DNA of 63,400 nucleotides, filler included, from Collodictyon triciliatum (Eukaryota): NCBI GenBank assembly GCA_043381765.1. It is 5 parts of 5 records of this genome, joined end to end, with 100 filler letters (N's around TTAATTAATTAA, not from the genome) between each part and the next. Parts side by side here need not be neighbours in the genome. Positions count along the whole stretch, not along the records: positions 51,205 to 63,400 come from JBHJMP010000734.1; 4 more parts are not named here. One strand, 5' to 3'. Shown piece by piece: positions 62,658 to 63,400 of this stretch (position 1 is its first letter; each line of letters starts with the position of its first letter). The notes under the pieces were generated by a model. It saw only the letters and a program-made list of their open reading frames with translations, ran no database searches and was not told where the DNA came from. The position numbers and the translations under genes were made by a program.

Positions 62658-62880
62658 TCAAAGTAATTTTTGTCTATCATGAAAGCCCAACTGAAAGACT
62701 TGAGTGAGAAAGATCCAGTCCAGGAGTAATAAAAGGGGATCAAGGGAAGAAGCTGGGAGGTGAGCTAGTCTTCTCAAGTTGAGGCAGAGGCTGTATGTTC
62801 GATCGCTGTTTGGAAGAAGTTTGTGGCAAAATATTCGGACCTCAGAGAACAAGGAGTAAAGGGGAGAACAGATCACTCAA
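62658..62880 (-). mobile_element. Possible degenerate LINE reverse-transcriptase 'domain 0' relic
   Basis: SPLYSLFSEVRIFCHKLLPNS...RRLAHLPASSLDPLLLLLDWIFLT loosely follows P.T..EV...I.KL..NKA.G.DG....L..L....L..L..LFN. Intergenic GC-richer island. Confidence 0.3.
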
Positions 62881-63400
62881 AAACAAAGTGCGCTACGAGA
62901 GGCGCAAGCCTTGATGCTGATTGTTTAGTTATTGCTGTGCAATTCTTGTGAGTAGATCAAGAATTTAAGGGAGAACAAATTCATTATAATTAGGTGTTAA
63001 AGAAAAAATGGCGGGTTGGTTGGTTGGTTGGTGGTTGGACAGCAATAAATAACCGCAGTGGCCCGCTTTTGCTTTTTAGTTGGTTTGTTTTTTTCTGGTT
63101 GGAAGTGTTCCATATTATTTCGCAAAGGCGCTGAATGATTTAGCTTTCTTGTTGGGCATGAAAGAATGGTTGACATGGTATCTAAATAATAGGTGATATT
63201 GTAAAGGTTGCAACCCACGATCGCAGCCGACTTTGTGCTGAAGGCGACAAACCTCTGAAAGATGATTAATCTCTGGGCGTGATTAGTTGTGGCCCTAGTT
63301 CGTTACGATGTCTATTAAGAAGTAACACATTTGGAAATAGAGCCGTTGGCGGTGTGGTCATCTGTGCGAAAAGTTGAGGGGGGCTTCGTCACAGACTTCG

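Noticed and set aside
1-63400. Alternative genetic code (stop reassignment) explaining the fragmented ORFs
   Set aside because: The fragmentation is fully explained by introns. TAA, TAG and TGA all end genes, and the 919-aa ORF reads cleanly in the standard code.

Overview
AT-rich, intron-dense eukaryotic (protist-like) draft genomic DNA using the standard code. CFAP47-like and CXorf58-like genes suggest a flagellated organism. The window is a mosaic: four N-padded TTAATTAATTAA linkers join contigs, and many N gaps sit in microsatellites. Recognisable multi-exon genes are DCAF17-like, membrane-anchored PP2C, ZNF830-like, two WD40 proteins, a CFAP47 fragment, RIO1, SEC2/RAB3IP-like, a stand-alone voltage-sensor protein, CXorf58-like, CDC45 and ORC4 (head-to-head) and a SAPS/PP6R subunit. 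There is also an intronless UPF1/SEN1-like helicase, an intronless frameshifted membrane protein and a tRNA-His. Highlights: (1) a decayed Fanzor (eukaryotic TnpB-like RNA-guided nuclease) at about 29.8-30.7 kb followed by a hairpin-rich candidate omega-RNA; (2) two families of very short (25-115 nt) poly(A)-tailed retro-insertions with 13-17 bp target-site duplications, two of which duplicate splice donors, plus probable LINE relics. Exon boundaries were read by eye and family calls come from recalled motifs, not database searches.
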